Shown: positions 24,540 through 37,161, numbered from the stretch's first letter. The stretch is 64,000 nucleotides of DNA from Selaginella moellendorffii (GCF_000143415.4 NW_003314373.1:186001-250000), one strand, 5' to 3'. The notes: generated from the sequence alone by a model not told the origin. Program-made: numbers and translations.

Positions 24540-27119
24540 TCAAGAGATGATAGAACTCAACTCAGAGAAATCCCATAGCGGAACGTCCGAGCTTAACACT
24601 CCCTCGAGGACGGAGACGTCGGCCAGAGTGGTGCTGCTACAGCTGCTCCCGCTTCCACTCGGGCTCCACGGAACTTGGGCTTCGCCAGACTCTGGCCTCT
24701 GGACGTGACTAGCCGGGCTCGACTCTTTCACCGTCACCACCATTTGCTGCTGCTGCTGGTGCTGGAAGAAGTCTTGCTGCTGAGATGAAGCCAGTCCAGC
24801 GACGTGAAGCCCCAGAGACGTGCTCGGTGCGGCTGAGACGAGCATGCTTCCGTCCTCGTTCCAGCTCCCCGGAGGAGCCGGCTTGAAAGCTCCGGCCGCA
24901 AAGCTCGAAGTTTTCATGGAGCCGCCGGAGCTGGTGCTGGTGTCGAAGAAGGACGAGAGCTGGACGTCGCTGGCCGAGAAGGGAGCCGGGCTGGACGTGA
25001 AGGCACACATTCCAGGCCCGCCACCTCGCATGAGCAGCACGTCGGGAGCCATGGAGGAGTTCTCGTGAGCTCGATCGTGGGGGTGGTGGTGGTGGTGGTG
25101 GTGGTGGTGATCCAGAGGGGACGAGGATGGTGGTAGTGGGAGCTTGGACTGGACAGCGGTGGAGAGCCCCTGCTTGATTTTGTGGACGACTGGGTCGATT
25201 GGATTGATCGACTTGGAGGAAGGTCCCGGCCAGCTCTGGCGGGATGATCCTTGGACAGTGGTGGCGCGGAGGAGGGGATTGGAGAGAGATGGAGATGGAG
25301 ATGGAGTGGAGGTTTGATCGAGCTGCTGCCAGTCAGGCCTCTTTCTCATGAGGACGTTGAGCATGTCGTCCTTGAAGCAGCCCAGCGCGGCCTCGGCGAT
25401 CTGGCCGCCTTTGGGGATGGCGATGCTGCCCGCGAGATCGGCGAGGAGCTGCGAGATTGGCTTGTGGGTGATTGGATCGATGCCCATCTCGCACAGCTTC
25501 TTCTTGAGCCGCGTGTTCCAGTAGTTCTTGACGTCGTTGTCTGTTCTTCCCGGGAGCTGGGCTGCGATGAGCGACCATCTGGATAGAATGATCGCCGCGT
25601 GTTAGAGATATGGTCCATGGATTCCTCGCGGCCTCGATCTCTCGGCATTAAATGGAAGCTCTGTCGCGAGAGAGCGAGATCTCGCGAGTGTGGTGTCACT
25701 CATTCATGAATTCACGCACGCTCGCGCACGCAAACAAACAAGCACACGGGAGAAAAGCGAGCGCAAGGGATGAGACCAAAAGGAAACAAAGAAGAAAATC
25801 CATTTCTTTGTTCCATATGCTCCACATGAGCCCGCGCTTTGCAGCCGAGATCACGTAGAATCGCAGCACGCAAGCGACGACGAATCACGACAGGGAAACG
25901 AGGCAGGAATGACAAGAAAAAACGTTTTGCTGGAGCCACTCCACTGCCTCCGCTCCAGCACGAGAGAAAGAGATCGAGAATCAATCACTCCTGGACTGGG
26001 CGAGCGATGGATTAATCAAATCGACCCATGGATCGATCGATCAAGACCAAATGGAAACACCCAACTGGAATGGAAGAACTCCAAGAACACTACCATAGCT
26101 TTAGACAAACAATGAAAGAAGAACGAGAACAATGGTGAGAGTACTCTCAAGTACGCGTAGAGTACGCATCCCATCATGCGTGGGCGACGGTACAGTCTTC
26201 CCTCCCGCTCTGACCATACGCTGACTTGACTTGACTTTGGCTGACTGGCCAGGCCAGCACGCACAAAGCTCTTTCTAACCGACTAAACCAAAGGTAAAGA
26301 CAGGCAGAAAGACATGGTTAGTTGATCGCCCAGAGGAAAAACACGGTCAGAGCGGTCAAGGCTCCGCAAAACAGGCTGGTCAAAACACTCCACACTGGGG
26401 CAGTGGACTAAAAACCGGGGAGAATAATCACGCTCGCTAATCCTGGCTAATTGCGTTAGCTGATGACGTCAGCATGCTGGACTGGAGTGGACTGGGGACT
26501 GTGCGCCGCGAAATTATTCGCGAGCTCGCGAGAGAGGAAGTGATCCACTCTCAATGCGGTTCACAGACAGACAAACGAAAGGAAAGGAGGACCATCGATC
26601 GCTCGATCGCTATGGATCGATGGATCGATCGAAGGAAACAAGGAAAACGATGGAAACTTTCGAGAAAGGATGAGGAGGAGAGGAGAGGATCATTTACCTG
26701 CTGCCCAGAGCGGCGTGGAGCTTGACGATCAATTGCTCCTCGTGATCAGTGAATCGGCCGTGCTTGAGATCGGGGCGGAGGTAATTCGTCCAGCGCAGCC
26801 GGCAGCTCTTGCCGCATCTCTGGAGCCCTGCGAGAGAGAGAGAAAAATCCTCACACGAATTAGAGTAGCCGCGGAAAAATTTAGACTCGAGCTTGAACGA
26901 TCGAGCTAGAGAAAGAAGAAGAAGAAGAAGCAGAGAATGGAGAGAAATTTGGAGTGATCGAGAGAGAATCGGGCAAAAACACAAACCAGCTTTCTTGGGG
27001 AGTGTCCTCCAGCTTCCAGTGCCGTGCTGCGCAATGCAGGCGAGCAGCTTGGCGTCCTCCTCGGGCGTCCACGGCCCCCTCTTGACACTATCCTTCTCGC
27101 AACACGGCGCTCTTCCCAT
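24540..27119 (-). CDS. MYB80: R2R3-MYB, MYB80/MS188-like
   Basis: MGRAPCCEK...[45 protein letters not shown], then GIDPITHKP...[14 protein letters not shown], matching the MYB80-specific motif ([13 protein letters not shown]). Three exons; intron 2 = 26697-25579. Confidence 0.85.
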
Positions 27120-28324
27120 TTTCTCTCGAATCGAAACCGATGGATTCACGCGAGCGAGATGCGAGCTAATCCAATCGCCCAATCAATCCCGCTTGGCAAA
27201 ATGCGAGAGAGAGAGAGAGAGAGAATCCTTCCTCCAGTGGAAGAGCCACACACACACGCACACAAGCACACACACTCGAGATATCTATTATCTATATTTC
27301 GGAGAATCGCGTATAGCCCTGGAAACACGAAGCTGACGAGCTCTTGAGCCCCGACTCACACGACAAACAAAAGCGCGAGAGAGAAAAAAAAAATTCCTTT
27401 TTTCCTCTTGTGTGTAAAATAGGGCAACAAAACAAGCCAGAAATATTGTCACGGGGATGACCGGCTGGAACCGGTCACTGGCCTTCCGTACCGGTAAAGA
27501 GACCGGCACTGCCGGTTGGCGAGGAGGGCCGAGCATGCGGCGCACGTGGCGGGGGGCCTCATGTAAATCGCGCTCGCGCTTTTGTCCAATCCCAACCGTT
27601 GAGGATGGATCGGACGGCTGGGGCCGGCCGCTGGCGGCGAATCGCGGCCGTCGAGTTGCCCGCTAAGCACGAGTTTAAGCGGCGGTACTTAAGTACTAAA
27701 GCGCGAGCCCATGTCTTGGGAGCTTTGGAATAAAGGGGAGCTCTTTTCTGTGCCTTATTTTTTTTGCCTTGCGTCCCAGCGATCGATCGTCGGGGGGACT
27801 CGTGCGAGCAAGCAACGTGCTGTGCGCGAAAGAGCAAAAAAAAAAAAAAACCAAAAAAAGGTGAGTGGATTCAACATTGGAAGAAGCGAATTTAGTACTC
27901 TACTTCCAAATGCGCGTGTATGTGTGTGTGTGTGTCTCTCCTGGCACAAACTATCAATCCAAGTTGTCTATAGATTAGGGCTTAGGGTTTTGAAGTTAGG
28001 ATTTAGGGTATAAGAGCCCTATCCCATAAGCCCAAGAGAAACTAAAACCTCCAACATATAATGTCCTTGAGGGAATTGTTGCCTTTGGTGGAGAAAGCAG
28101 CGCTTCGGTCCATTAGGGCTGAGTGAAAGTCCCCGAGCTCGGTGCTTTTGACACCAAATGGCAGAGAGTGCCACCTCGAAAGAGGAGAAGCCCGGTTGAG
28201 GCCACTGTGGTGTCTCGCCATGGCCGGGTTAGCTGGCTATAGTCCCAGTAATGCGCTTACACACGCGTGTACAACAGAACGGGGCTTACTATCTCCACCA
28301 AATCTTTTTTACGATTGTGTTCTA

Positions 28325-28590
28325 GCTGGATCCATTCCGGAACTTGGAGATGTTTGATCATAGCCGACTAGAAACTCGAGCAAGAACACTAGATCGCTTC
28401 ACAGATCGAAGAGGCGGGATCCATTCCGGAATTTGGAGATGTTTGATCTTAGCGAACTAGAAACTCGCACTACGTGATCCGCCGGCGAAGAGGCTGGATC
28501 CATTCCGGAACTTGGAGATGTTTGATCTTAGCGAACCAAGAACACTAGATTGCTTCACAGATCCCAGTACGTGAGCCGCCGGCGAAGAGG
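28325..28590. repeat. Three imperfect ~85-bp tandem copies overlapping the 3' end of the adjacent gene
   Basis: GGATCCATTCCGGAA(C/T)TTGGAGATGTTTGATC recurs at ~28328, ~28417, ~28496. Fragments of the gene tail (TACGTGA.CCGCCGGCGAAGAGGCT; GCTTCACAGATC) also recur. Confidence 0.85.
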
Positions 28591-28971
28591 CTCGCGCTCG
28601 TCATACTCCTTCTGTGCCTGTTCTTGCCTGCTCATGGACAGAAACTCGGTATCCCTACGCCGGATCACCTCCAGCTCCCTCTCCGCCCTCTCCGGATCCC
28701 GCAACAGCCTAAAGTACCTCACGCGCGATCCGGCCACCGGCGCCTCCACGCTCACCAATCTCTCCTGCCGCATCCAGTAGAGCAGCTGCCTCATGTGTGA
28801 TCGGCTCCGGATGCCCCGCTCCTCGGCGCGCGCCCACAGATCATCCACCGTGTGGCCCTTGAAATCGCCCAGGAATTCCACCAGCGCCAGCGCCCACGCC
28901 TTGGCCTGGTCGGGAGGGCAATGCGGGTGCCGCGCCTTCTCCCTCGCGAGCTTGGCTGCCCTCGCAAACAT
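28555..28971 (-). CDS. Small basic winged-helix-like protein, similar to plant mitoribosomal mL80 (At1g73940-like)
   Basis: [13 protein letters not shown]...[31 protein letters not shown] resembles the recalled family pattern (T..W...E.G...SK.HMK..L.WMR.R). An upstream exon ([14 protein letters not shown] ~29116) is possible. Confidence 0.55.
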   Translation of the reverse strand: MFARAAKLAREKARHPHCPPDQAKAWALALVEFLGDFKGHTVDDLWARAEERGIRSRSHMRQLLYWMRQERLVSVEAPVAGSRVRYFRLLRDPERAERELEVIRRRDTEFLSMSRQEQAQKEYDEREPLRRRLTYWDL

Positions 28972-29030
28972 CCATAAACCCTAAATCTCTGGGAAGGAGA
29001 AAGGGGAAAATAAGAACCCTAAAATCAAAC

Positions 29031-30924
29031 ATGCAGTGCGCCAGTCCGTCACTGGGCGCCATCGCCGATCTCTCCTGGATCGCGGGGCGGAGGAGGAAGC
29101 GGAGGAGCGTCCACATTGTGGCGATGGCGATGGCGATGGGTTCGGCTTCTTCTTCTTCTGCGGCTGCTGCTGCTGCCGAGGTAAAGCTATGGGGTGGACG
29201 ATTCCAGCAGCGCACAACCAATGCCGTGGAATCCTTTAGCGAGTCCGTGTCCTACGATAAGAAGCTCTACAAGGAAGATCTCGCTGGGAGCTGTGCGCAC
29301 GCTGTGATGCTCGCCAAGCAAGTAAGTTCTCTTCTCTCCATTTTTCTTCTTCTTACTCTCAAGCTTTTCCATGCATGATTTGATTCGCCAGGGTCTAATG
29401 TCGGAAGAGGATCGAGATGCGATCTTAAAAGGGATTGCTGAGATCGAGGCTAGGATCGAGAGTGGCAACTTCACTTGGAGATCCGATCGAGAGGACGTCC
29501 ACATGAATGTGGAGGCTGCTCTCACGGATTTGATTGGAGAGCCGGCAAAGAAACTCCACACTGCCAGGAGCCGCAACGATCAAGTTGCCACGGACGTAAG
29601 GCTTTGGTGCCGCAATGCCATTGATAATCTCGTGAAGAAGATCATAGCTCTCCAGGTAGATTTTTCTCTTCCTTCAATCGTGTTTTCACTCTCTTGTTTG
29701 TTTTGTTCTTCCAGATTGCTCTTGTCCAGCTTGCTCTTGATAACGAGGGATTGGTGGTGCCAGGCTATACGCACTTACAACGAGCTCAACCGATTCTTCT
29801 ACAGCACCTTTTGCTTGCTTACGTAGAACAAGTAAGTTTGTCTCACATCTTCGCTTCTAAACACTTCCACTAACAAAGCCTTTGTGTGTTTAGTTGGAGC
29901 GAGATGCCGGCCGTCTCAAAGACTGTCGCTGCCGTATCAACTTTTCGCCTCTGGGATCCTGCGCTCTCGCTGGGACTGGCCTTCCAATCGATCGATTTAT
30001 GACAGCTGAAGCTTTGGGATTCACTGCTCCTCTTCGTAACAGGTAACGTGAAAGAGTTTTTTCTCTTTGTTTATTTTGTTTGCTGAAACTTTGCATTTCT
30101 AGTGTGGATGCAGTATCGGACCGGGATTTTCTCATTGAGTTCCTCGCCGCGAACTCTATAATCGCTGTCCATCTCTCACGCATCGGTGAGGAGTGGGTCC
30201 TTTGGGCCTCCGAAGAGTTTGGTTTCTTGATACCGAGTGATGCTGTCTCAACCGGAAGCAGCATCATGCCTCAAAAGAAAAATCCAGATCCTATGGAGCT
30301 TGTCCGAGGCAAATCTGCGAGAGTTATTGGCGATCTCATGACCGTGCTGGTGCTTTGCAAGGGTCTTCCTCAAGCTTACAATCGCGACCTCCAGGTAAGT
30401 TTTTCCTTCTTTCTGTGAAAGATGGTCTCACCTTACTTGTGCAGGAGGACAAGGAACCATTGTTCGATAGCGTGGAGACGATCGGCACAGTCTTGGAGGT
30501 GACAACGGAGTTTTCCCAGAACGTAACGTTCAACAGGAAGAGAATCTCGGCGTCTCTTTCGGCTGGACACTTGGACGCCACAACCATGGCCGACTACTTG
30601 GTGAACAAGGTAGCGTTCCATTTCACTTGCATCATCACAGGCACCTCCAACTTTTCTATCTCAAATCTTTTCCAGGGGATACCATTTCGAACTTCGCATG
30701 ATATCGTCGGCAAGGCCGTAGCGCTGGCCATCTCCAAAGATGTGGAGCTCTCCAAGCTCACGCTGGAGGAGCTCCGGAGCATCAATCCGGTGTTTGAGGA
30801 CGATGTCTACGAATACTTGGGCGTGGAGAACGCAGTGAAACGCTTCCAGTCCTATGGATCTACTGGAGCGAGCTGCGTGAAAGAACAACTCCAGTATTGG
30901 TGCGAGAAGCTCAAGCTGGTATGA
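29031..30924 (+). CDS. argH: Argininosuccinate lyase, plastid-targeted, multi-exon
   Basis: [40 protein letters not shown], signature [24 protein letters not shown]. Confidence 0.96.
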
Positions 30925-31308
30925 AACTTTTCTTCGTTTTTTTGCGATCGAGCCTCTGTTTTTTTTTCTTGGGAATAAAGACCGCAAGAACACAAGTACC
31001 ATTTTAACGACCTTTCTTTTTAACTGGTACGGATTTTGGGCAGCCCAGCTGGCACAAATCTCCGCCGTTCGTGTCACGTCATTTGCCGCCAATTTACAAA
31101 AACCTAGGTCACACGTGTCGCCATTTGAGTGCAACGGCCCGATACGGTCCTACGTGGCGTCGTTGCTTCGTGTCCATCCAACGGTCTGGGTCGTTCCTCG
31201 TTCCAAGTTTTCTTGCTATATAGTCCCTCGAGGAACTGTCTAGCGTTCTTGATATTTTCCAAGAACGAGCGAGAGCTAGGGTATTCTTTCTTTTGTTCCG
31301 ATCGATCG

Positions 31309-32080
31309 ATGGCGGCATTCAAGCTCGCGATCTTTCCTCTGCTGCTCGCGGCAGCATTGGCGACGCTTCGATCCGTGGAGTCGGCCGAGTACGTTGTGGG
31401 AGAATCGGCGGGATGGATGATCCCGTCCGCCGCCGTGAACTACTCGGCCTGGGCGCTCAAGCACAACTATCATCCTGGCGACACTCTCTGTAAGTAGCAA
31501 TCGATCTTTCGTCTTCCTTCCGGCTCATCGGTTTCTTGATCGATCTTTCTCTTCCCCTCGCAACTTCCTTTCTTTCTTCGATATTTTGGCCTTTGCCTGA
31601 TCGATCGATCGGTGTCTCACTCTTTCTTGTGTGGATGGGTGATCTTTCTTGGCAGTGTTTAACTACCAGCAGCAAGGCGACAGCGTTCTTGAGGTGAACA
31701 GGGCGGATTTCATGAACTGCATCAAGACCAACCCGATCAACCATCACAGCGACGGCAAGACGCTCATCCGCATCTCTCGCCCGGGTCCCCACTGGTTCAT
31801 CTCGGGAGTCCCCGGCCACTGCGAGCAGGGCCAGAAGTTCGGCATCATGGCCACGCCCGCCTCGCCAGGCTCGCGATCCTCGCCATCCACGCCGCAGGCT
31901 CCATCGCCCACGCCGTCCTCCCCAAGCTCCCACTCTGGACCGTTCGCGCACACCAGAGGCGCCGCCGCCGCTGGATCCCACGCCCCGGCTCCATCCCCGA
32001 CCAGCGCCGCTACTGGATCTCTCCCCGCGCTGCTAGCTCCAAGCATTGGCGCTTGCTGGATCATCGCCATGCTCCTATAG
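31309..32080 (+). CDS. Early-nodulin-like phytocyanin / chimeric AGP, probably GPI-anchored
   Basis: Signal peptide, YVVGESAGW, GDTL|VFNY, DSVLEV, FISGVPGHCEQGQK (lacks the His and Cys Cu ligands), Pro/Ser-rich tail, hydrophobic C-terminus. Intron 31490-31654. Confidence 0.9.
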
Positions 32081-32284
32081 GCTTGCTTGTAGGAAACTCC
32101 ATTTTTTCTTGTTCTCTCTTGCGGATGTTCAGCTAAAGTTAAAATCTTCCTTTTTGATGCTAGTCAATGCTAGTCAGCGCAAACTGTCGCTGTTGACCGG
32201 TACATCCATTCATAGTCAATGCTATGTTGACCGGCCCGTCCAAACGCTAATCAGCGCAAAACGGTCGCTGTTGAACCGGTCCAT

Positions 32285-35200
32285 TCAGGCAGCCACGAAC
32301 GTATTACACAACGACACGTGTGTGGCGGCCCGCTCCTCCGCCTCCATCGCCCTCGAGATCCTGGCCGCACGTTCCACGTCACCGTGCGTGTTGCAAGCGC
32401 CAACCAGCGCCGACCACGTGGCCTCGTCGGGCTTGAACGGCATGCTCACGATCAAGTCCTCGGCGTCCGCCAGCCTCCCAGCTCGGCCCAAAAGATCCAC
32501 CACGCAGCAGTAGTGATCGGCCCCAGCTTCCAGATCATAGTCTCCGCGCATGCTCGCGAAGTAGTCCCACCCCCGGCGGAAGAACCCGGCGTGGTTGCAA
32601 GCGAAGAGCACGGCCAGGAACGCCACCTCGTCGGGCTCCATCCCCTGGAGCTGCATCTCCTGGAAGAGATCGATGGCTTCCAGGCTCGACCCGTGCGAGG
32701 CATACGCCACCATCATCGACGTCCACGACACCACGTCGCGCTTGTCCAGGCGATCGAACACCCGCCGGGCCTCGCCAACTTTGCCGGATCTCGTCAGCGT
32801 GTTGAGCAGCGCGGTGCCGACGAGGGAGTCCGTCTCCATGCCGGTGGAGAGGATGGCGTGCTGCACGGCGCTGGCCTCGCTCGGGGAGAAGCTGCCGCCG
32901 ACTGCTAGAAGTCCCAGGAAAGTTGCTCGATCCGGCCTCACCGATGCGGCTTGCATCGCCTGGAACAGCTCCAGCACCGCCTCCTTGTCGCCTCGCCTCG
33001 AGTAAGCTGCGATCATGGCGTTCCAAGCCGGAGATCCCCGTGACTTCTCCTCCATGGCGTCGAACACCCGCCTCGCCACCTCCACACTGCCACATTTGCC
33101 GTGCATGGCGATGAGCGACGACTGGATGGCCGAGTCCGAGCACCACCCCAGGTCCGAAAGCCGGCTGTGGATCTTCGCCGCCATCTTCACGTCCTCGATG
33201 CCCCTGCTTGCCTCCATCACCGCGACGTAGACGATCTTGTCAGCACGGCAGCCCTCCTGTTCCATCTTCTGGAACACCTCCACGGCTTCTCTCGCAAAAC
33301 CGTTCGTCGAGTATCCCCGTATCATGGACGTCCAAGTGACCGCGTTTTTGCTCGGCATCACGTCGAACACCTGCTTGGCTTCCACCACGTCGCCGCACCT
33401 CCCATACATGGTAACCAGCGCAGTGCCAACGTAGACGTCGATGTGGATCCGGTTGGCGAGGATCAAACCGTGCAGAGTTTTGCCATGGACGAGGCCGTCA
33501 CTCCCCATGGCCGAGCAGGCGTCGAGAGCACTCACGTAGCTCACTCGGTCTTGCCTGGGACCGCAAGCCTCTTGCATCTCGAAGAAGAGGCCCAAGGCTT
33601 CCTTCGGCTGATCGTTGTGGAGATGAGCTCTAATGATGGAATTCCACGAGACCACGTCCCTGTCTTGCTCTTGCATGCTGTGGAACACGGCTTTGGCTTC
33701 CTCCAGACACCCGCACATCCCGTATAAGTCGAGCAGAGTGTTGTTCACCACCGTGTCTATCTCAAACTTGCCTTCCACTATCCTTGCGTGGATTCGCTTG
33801 CCTTCTTCGAGGTTCATGGCGCTCGAGCACGCGTCAAGAACGCTCGCGAATATCACCTTGTCGGGAACCACGTCGATCTGCTTGTAGAGCTCGATGGCTT
33901 CGTTTCCGAAACCGTTCTGTCCGTATGCAGTGATCATCCTGGCCCAGGTGAGAGCAACTCTCCTACTCATTCCATCGAACAATCTCCTGGCCTCGATCAC
34001 CTCTCCAAACTTCCCATACATTTTGATCAGTCCTGTCTGTAACGCTACGTCGGACATGAAGCCAATACTCTGGATTCGTCTGTGAATCTCTCTGCCTTTT
34101 TTCAGGCCTCTGTCGGGGCACGACAATCCGCAGCAACCGTCGAGAGCGCTGATCAGCGTGTACTTGTCAGGAGGAATCCCCACCAGAGCCATCTCGTGAA
34201 ACACCTCCACTGCCTCCTCTCCAAAACCATTCCTGGCGTAAGTTGCAATCATCGTGTTCCACGACACGGAGTCCCTGACCGTCATCCCGTCGAAAACGTT
34301 TCTGGCATCAGCTGGACTCGAGCATTTGCTGTACATGTTGATGAGTGCATTCCCCAGGACAAGATCGGAGCCGAAACCATGCCTTGTGACACTCGCATGA
34401 ACGTCCCGGCCATCTGACAGAGCTTTCAGGCTCACGCAAGCGTCGAGAGCATATAAAAAGCTGACCTTGTCCGGTTCAGTCATCTCGTAAAACAACCGAA
34501 GAGCTTCTGTCGGACACCCGTTCTGGTTGTAAGCTGCCATTATGACATTCCACGAGACGACATTCTTCTCCGGTATGGTATCGAAGGCGAGTTTGGCATC
34601 CGCCAAGCTGCTGCTCTTCCCAAACATGTTGACAAGCGAGGCAGCCACTGCGACGTCGGAGCCGAGTCCACTCGAAACAACTCGAGCATAAGCCAGCCTC
34701 GACTCGGCCAGGCACCCCAGGCCCGTGCAAGCTTCGACCAGACTCAGGAATGTGATCCTGTCCGCTTTCATGCCTTCCAGATCCATCGCCTTCATCAGTC
34801 GGAGAGCATCCTTGGCCAGTCCATTCCGAGCATAGGCTCCTATCACAGTGTTCCAGGACACGACGGTCTTCTCAGGCAAGCCTTCGAAAACCATCCTGGC
34901 CGTCTGGCAGTCCCCGCACCTCCCATACATGCCCACAAGCGCGTTTCCCACGTTGAGATTTGCATGCCACCCGCTCTCCACAATCCTCGAGTGTGCCTGC
35001 TTGGCTCTGTTCAAGTCGAACAGCTTCGAACAGGCATCCACGACTGCCAAGTACGTCACCTTCTCGGCCTTAAACCCCTCCAAGTCCATCTCCTGGACGA
35101 GCCTGAGTACTGCTCTCCCGTGGCCACCCTTGCTGTAGGCCGTAAGCAAGATGGTCCACGAGTAGATGTTCTTTGCCTGGATGGCCTGGAAGGCAGCACG

Positions 35201-35509
35201 GGCACTCTCCATATCCCCGCATTTCCCATACATGTCCACGAGCAGATTACCGAGAAACGCATGACTGCCGTATCCACACTTGAGAATCTGCTCGTGGACA
35301 AGCCTGCCATCTTCTAGTGACCTCTCCTCTGCGCACACACGCAGAAGCCCAACGAATCCTTCCGGATCTCCCTGAAGACCAACCTGAACTAGCTCGCTCT
35401 CCGTCACCGACGACGATCCTTTCTGCTGTGGACAACTCCTGCTCATCCATCTCTTGAGTCTGACGAGCACCACCACATTCCTTCTTGGTCGAGAAGGAGC
35501 CCTAGCCAT
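32285..35509 (-). CDS. Long PLS-class PPR protein ending within the E domain (no DYW)
   Basis: 1074-aa intronless ORF of PLS repeats. E1 motif MPFKPDEATWSALVGAC, stop after THVSLCNTFVAA. Confidence 0.93.
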   Translation of the reverse strand: MARAPSRPRRNVVVLVRLKRWMSRSCPQQKGSSSVTESELVQVGLQGDPEGFVGLLRVCAEERSLEDGRLVHEQILKCGYGSHAFLGNLLVDMYGKCGDMESARAAFQAIQAKNIYSWTILLTAYSKGGHGRAVLRLVQEMDLEGFKAEKVTYLAVVDACSKLFDLNRAKQAHSRIVESGWHANLNVGNALVGMYGRCGDCQTARMVFEGLPEKTVVSWNTVIGAYARNGLAKDALRLMKAMDLEGMKADRITFLSLVEACTGLGCLAESRLAYARVVSSGLGSDVAVAASLVNMFGKSSSLADAKLAFDTIPEKNVVSWNVIMAAYNQNGCPTEALRLFYEMTEPDKVSFLYALDACVSLKALSDGRDVHASVTRHGFGSDLVLGNALINMYSKCSSPADARNVFDGMTVRDSVSWNTMIATYARNGFGEEAVEVFHEMALVGIPPDKYTLISALDGCCGLSCPDRGLKKGREIHRRIQSIGFMSDVALQTGLIKMYGKFGEVIEARRLFDGMSRRVALTWARMITAYGQNGFGNEAIELYKQIDVVPDKVIFASVLDACSSAMNLEEGKRIHARIVEGKFEIDTVVNNTLLDLYGMCGCLEEAKAVFHSMQEQDRDVVSWNSIIRAHLHNDQPKEALGLFFEMQEACGPRQDRVSYVSALDACSAMGSDGLVHGKTLHGLILANRIHIDVYVGTALVTMYGRCGDVVEAKQVFDVMPSKNAVTWTSMIRGYSTNGFAREAVEVFQKMEQEGCRADKIVYVAVMEASRGIEDVKMAAKIHSRLSDLGWCSDSAIQSSLIAMHGKCGSVEVARRVFDAMEEKSRGSPAWNAMIAAYSRRGDKEAVLELFQAMQAASVRPDRATFLGLLAVGGSFSPSEASAVQHAILSTGMETDSLVGTALLNTLTRSGKVGEARRVFDRLDKRDVVSWTSMMVAYASHGSSLEAIDLFQEMQLQGMEPDEVAFLAVLFACNHAGFFRRGWDYFASMRGDYDLEAGADHYCCVVDLLGRAGRLADAEDLIVSMPFKPDEATWSALVGACNTHGDVERAARISRAMEAEERAATHVSLCNTFVAA

Positions 35510-35545
35510 CCTTCCTCATCTCTGCCCTATACCCGGCCTGGGCAT

Positions 35546-37105
35546 ATGCTTGTTTCGACGGCGCTGCCGGTCCCCCCAGATGGGCTGTCCAGACTCCCCC
35601 AGCCGCAGCAACCCACGAAAGAACTACCGAAAATGGAGCGCGGGCTCAGCTTCACAACCGGGAACGCTTTCTACAGGCGCGAGAGTGCGGTAGGGAGAGA
35701 CCTGAGTGTTCTAGCGGCCATAGCCTACAAGAGAGAGCACGGTCAGCTCCGAGCACTGGATGCTCTGTGTGGGTGCGGAGTGAGAGCAATGCGGTACCTT
35801 GTGCAGGCTAGTGCTGACTTTGTCTGGGCCAACGATGCCTGCGACCATCTTCGTCCCGGCATTCTTGACAACCTGCGAGCTGTAGCTCCTCCTTCCTGTT
35901 CTTCTTGTCCTACCGAAAGGTGGAAAGTCAGCACTCAAGACGCCAACAAGCTCCTTCTCGGCTGCTACCTTGCCGACGATTACTACGACCTCATCGACGT
36001 CGATTCTCACGGGAGTAACTCCGTCTTCTTTGGCTCTGCTCTGGCTGCCCTCAAACGTGGTGGCCTCGTCTATGTCACCTCCACCGACGGCTTCTCTTGC
36101 AGCAAGCGGCCTTATAAGTGAGCACTCACGCGCTCTTCGATGGCTGTTTTGATTTTTCTCCTTCTCTTTCAGTGCACTTGCATCATACGGAACTTTCACC
36201 AGGCGCCTGCCGTTTATCAACGAGATCGGGCTGCGAATGGTCATTGCTGGCGTCGTGCGCGAAGCTGCCACCCGAAACTTGAGGATGCGTCCCCTTTTCT
36301 CGCACTATTCTGCCCACGGACCAGTGTTTAGAATCATGCTCCGGATGGAGCACGGCGAACTTGATCTCCGCACGTAATTTCCAGGTTGATCTTGTTGTCT
36401 GACGTTCATCCATCTTTGTGTTCTGGCAGTAACTACGGATTCATAGCGCACTGCAGCGAATGTGGGGCATTCCAGAGCGTTTCTTGGGACGAACTCGGCC
36501 AAACATCAGCTTGCAGTTGCTCCAAGAAGGTATGTGGAACGAACCTTTTCCTTCCGGCTTGCTTGCGACCATGGTTACATTGCGACAGAACACGTATACG
36601 GGTCCAATATGGATCGGCCCTCTGCACAACATAGCATATTTACAAACAATGTCACGGGTAGCCAAGGAATTAAACTGGATTGCCTCACCTGGATTCGATA
36701 TGAAGAAACTCGATCCTGAAACTTCAAAATTGACCGAGGTGCTAGATGTAATGCTGGAGGAAAGCAATCCAGCTTTGCCATGCGGTTACATTGGGCTTCA
36801 CGAGGTACTTACAACCTGGATTCAAAACAAGATATGAACATATATACTTTTAGATTGCAAGCAGAGGAAAGATCCCAACTCCCAGAAGAGATACCTTGAC
36901 AAGGGGACTACAAAAGGTACATCCGGTCACTCGTGCTGCTGCTGTGAATCTCTTCTCTCTTCTTTTTTTGCAGGAAGGATACGTAGTGAGCCGGTCGCAA
37001 ATCGAGCCAAACTCGCTCAAAACCAACGCATCAGTAGCTGAATGTATTCACGTAGCGCAACAACTGTTCGCCCTGCAACACGACAAGCTGTCAATACAAA
37101 GCTAG
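35546..37105 (+). CDS. TRM1: tRNA (guanine26-N2)-dimethyltransferase, organellar type (At3g56330-like), multi-exon
   Basis: ERGLSFTTGNAFYRRESAVGRDLSVL, LDALCGCGVRAMRY, DLIDVDSHG, NEIGLRM, CSEC, GPIWIGPLH, SLKTNAS. Confidence 0.88.
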
Positions 37106-37161
37106 AATTTTGTGTCGTACCTTAGCAATTACCAGCTATGATTGTTGCTTCTTTCCTAGTT

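Noticed and set aside
28325-28590. CRISPR-like array
   Set aside because: Eukaryotic context, inter-repeat segments are related to each other and to the adjacent gene, and no cas genes are present.
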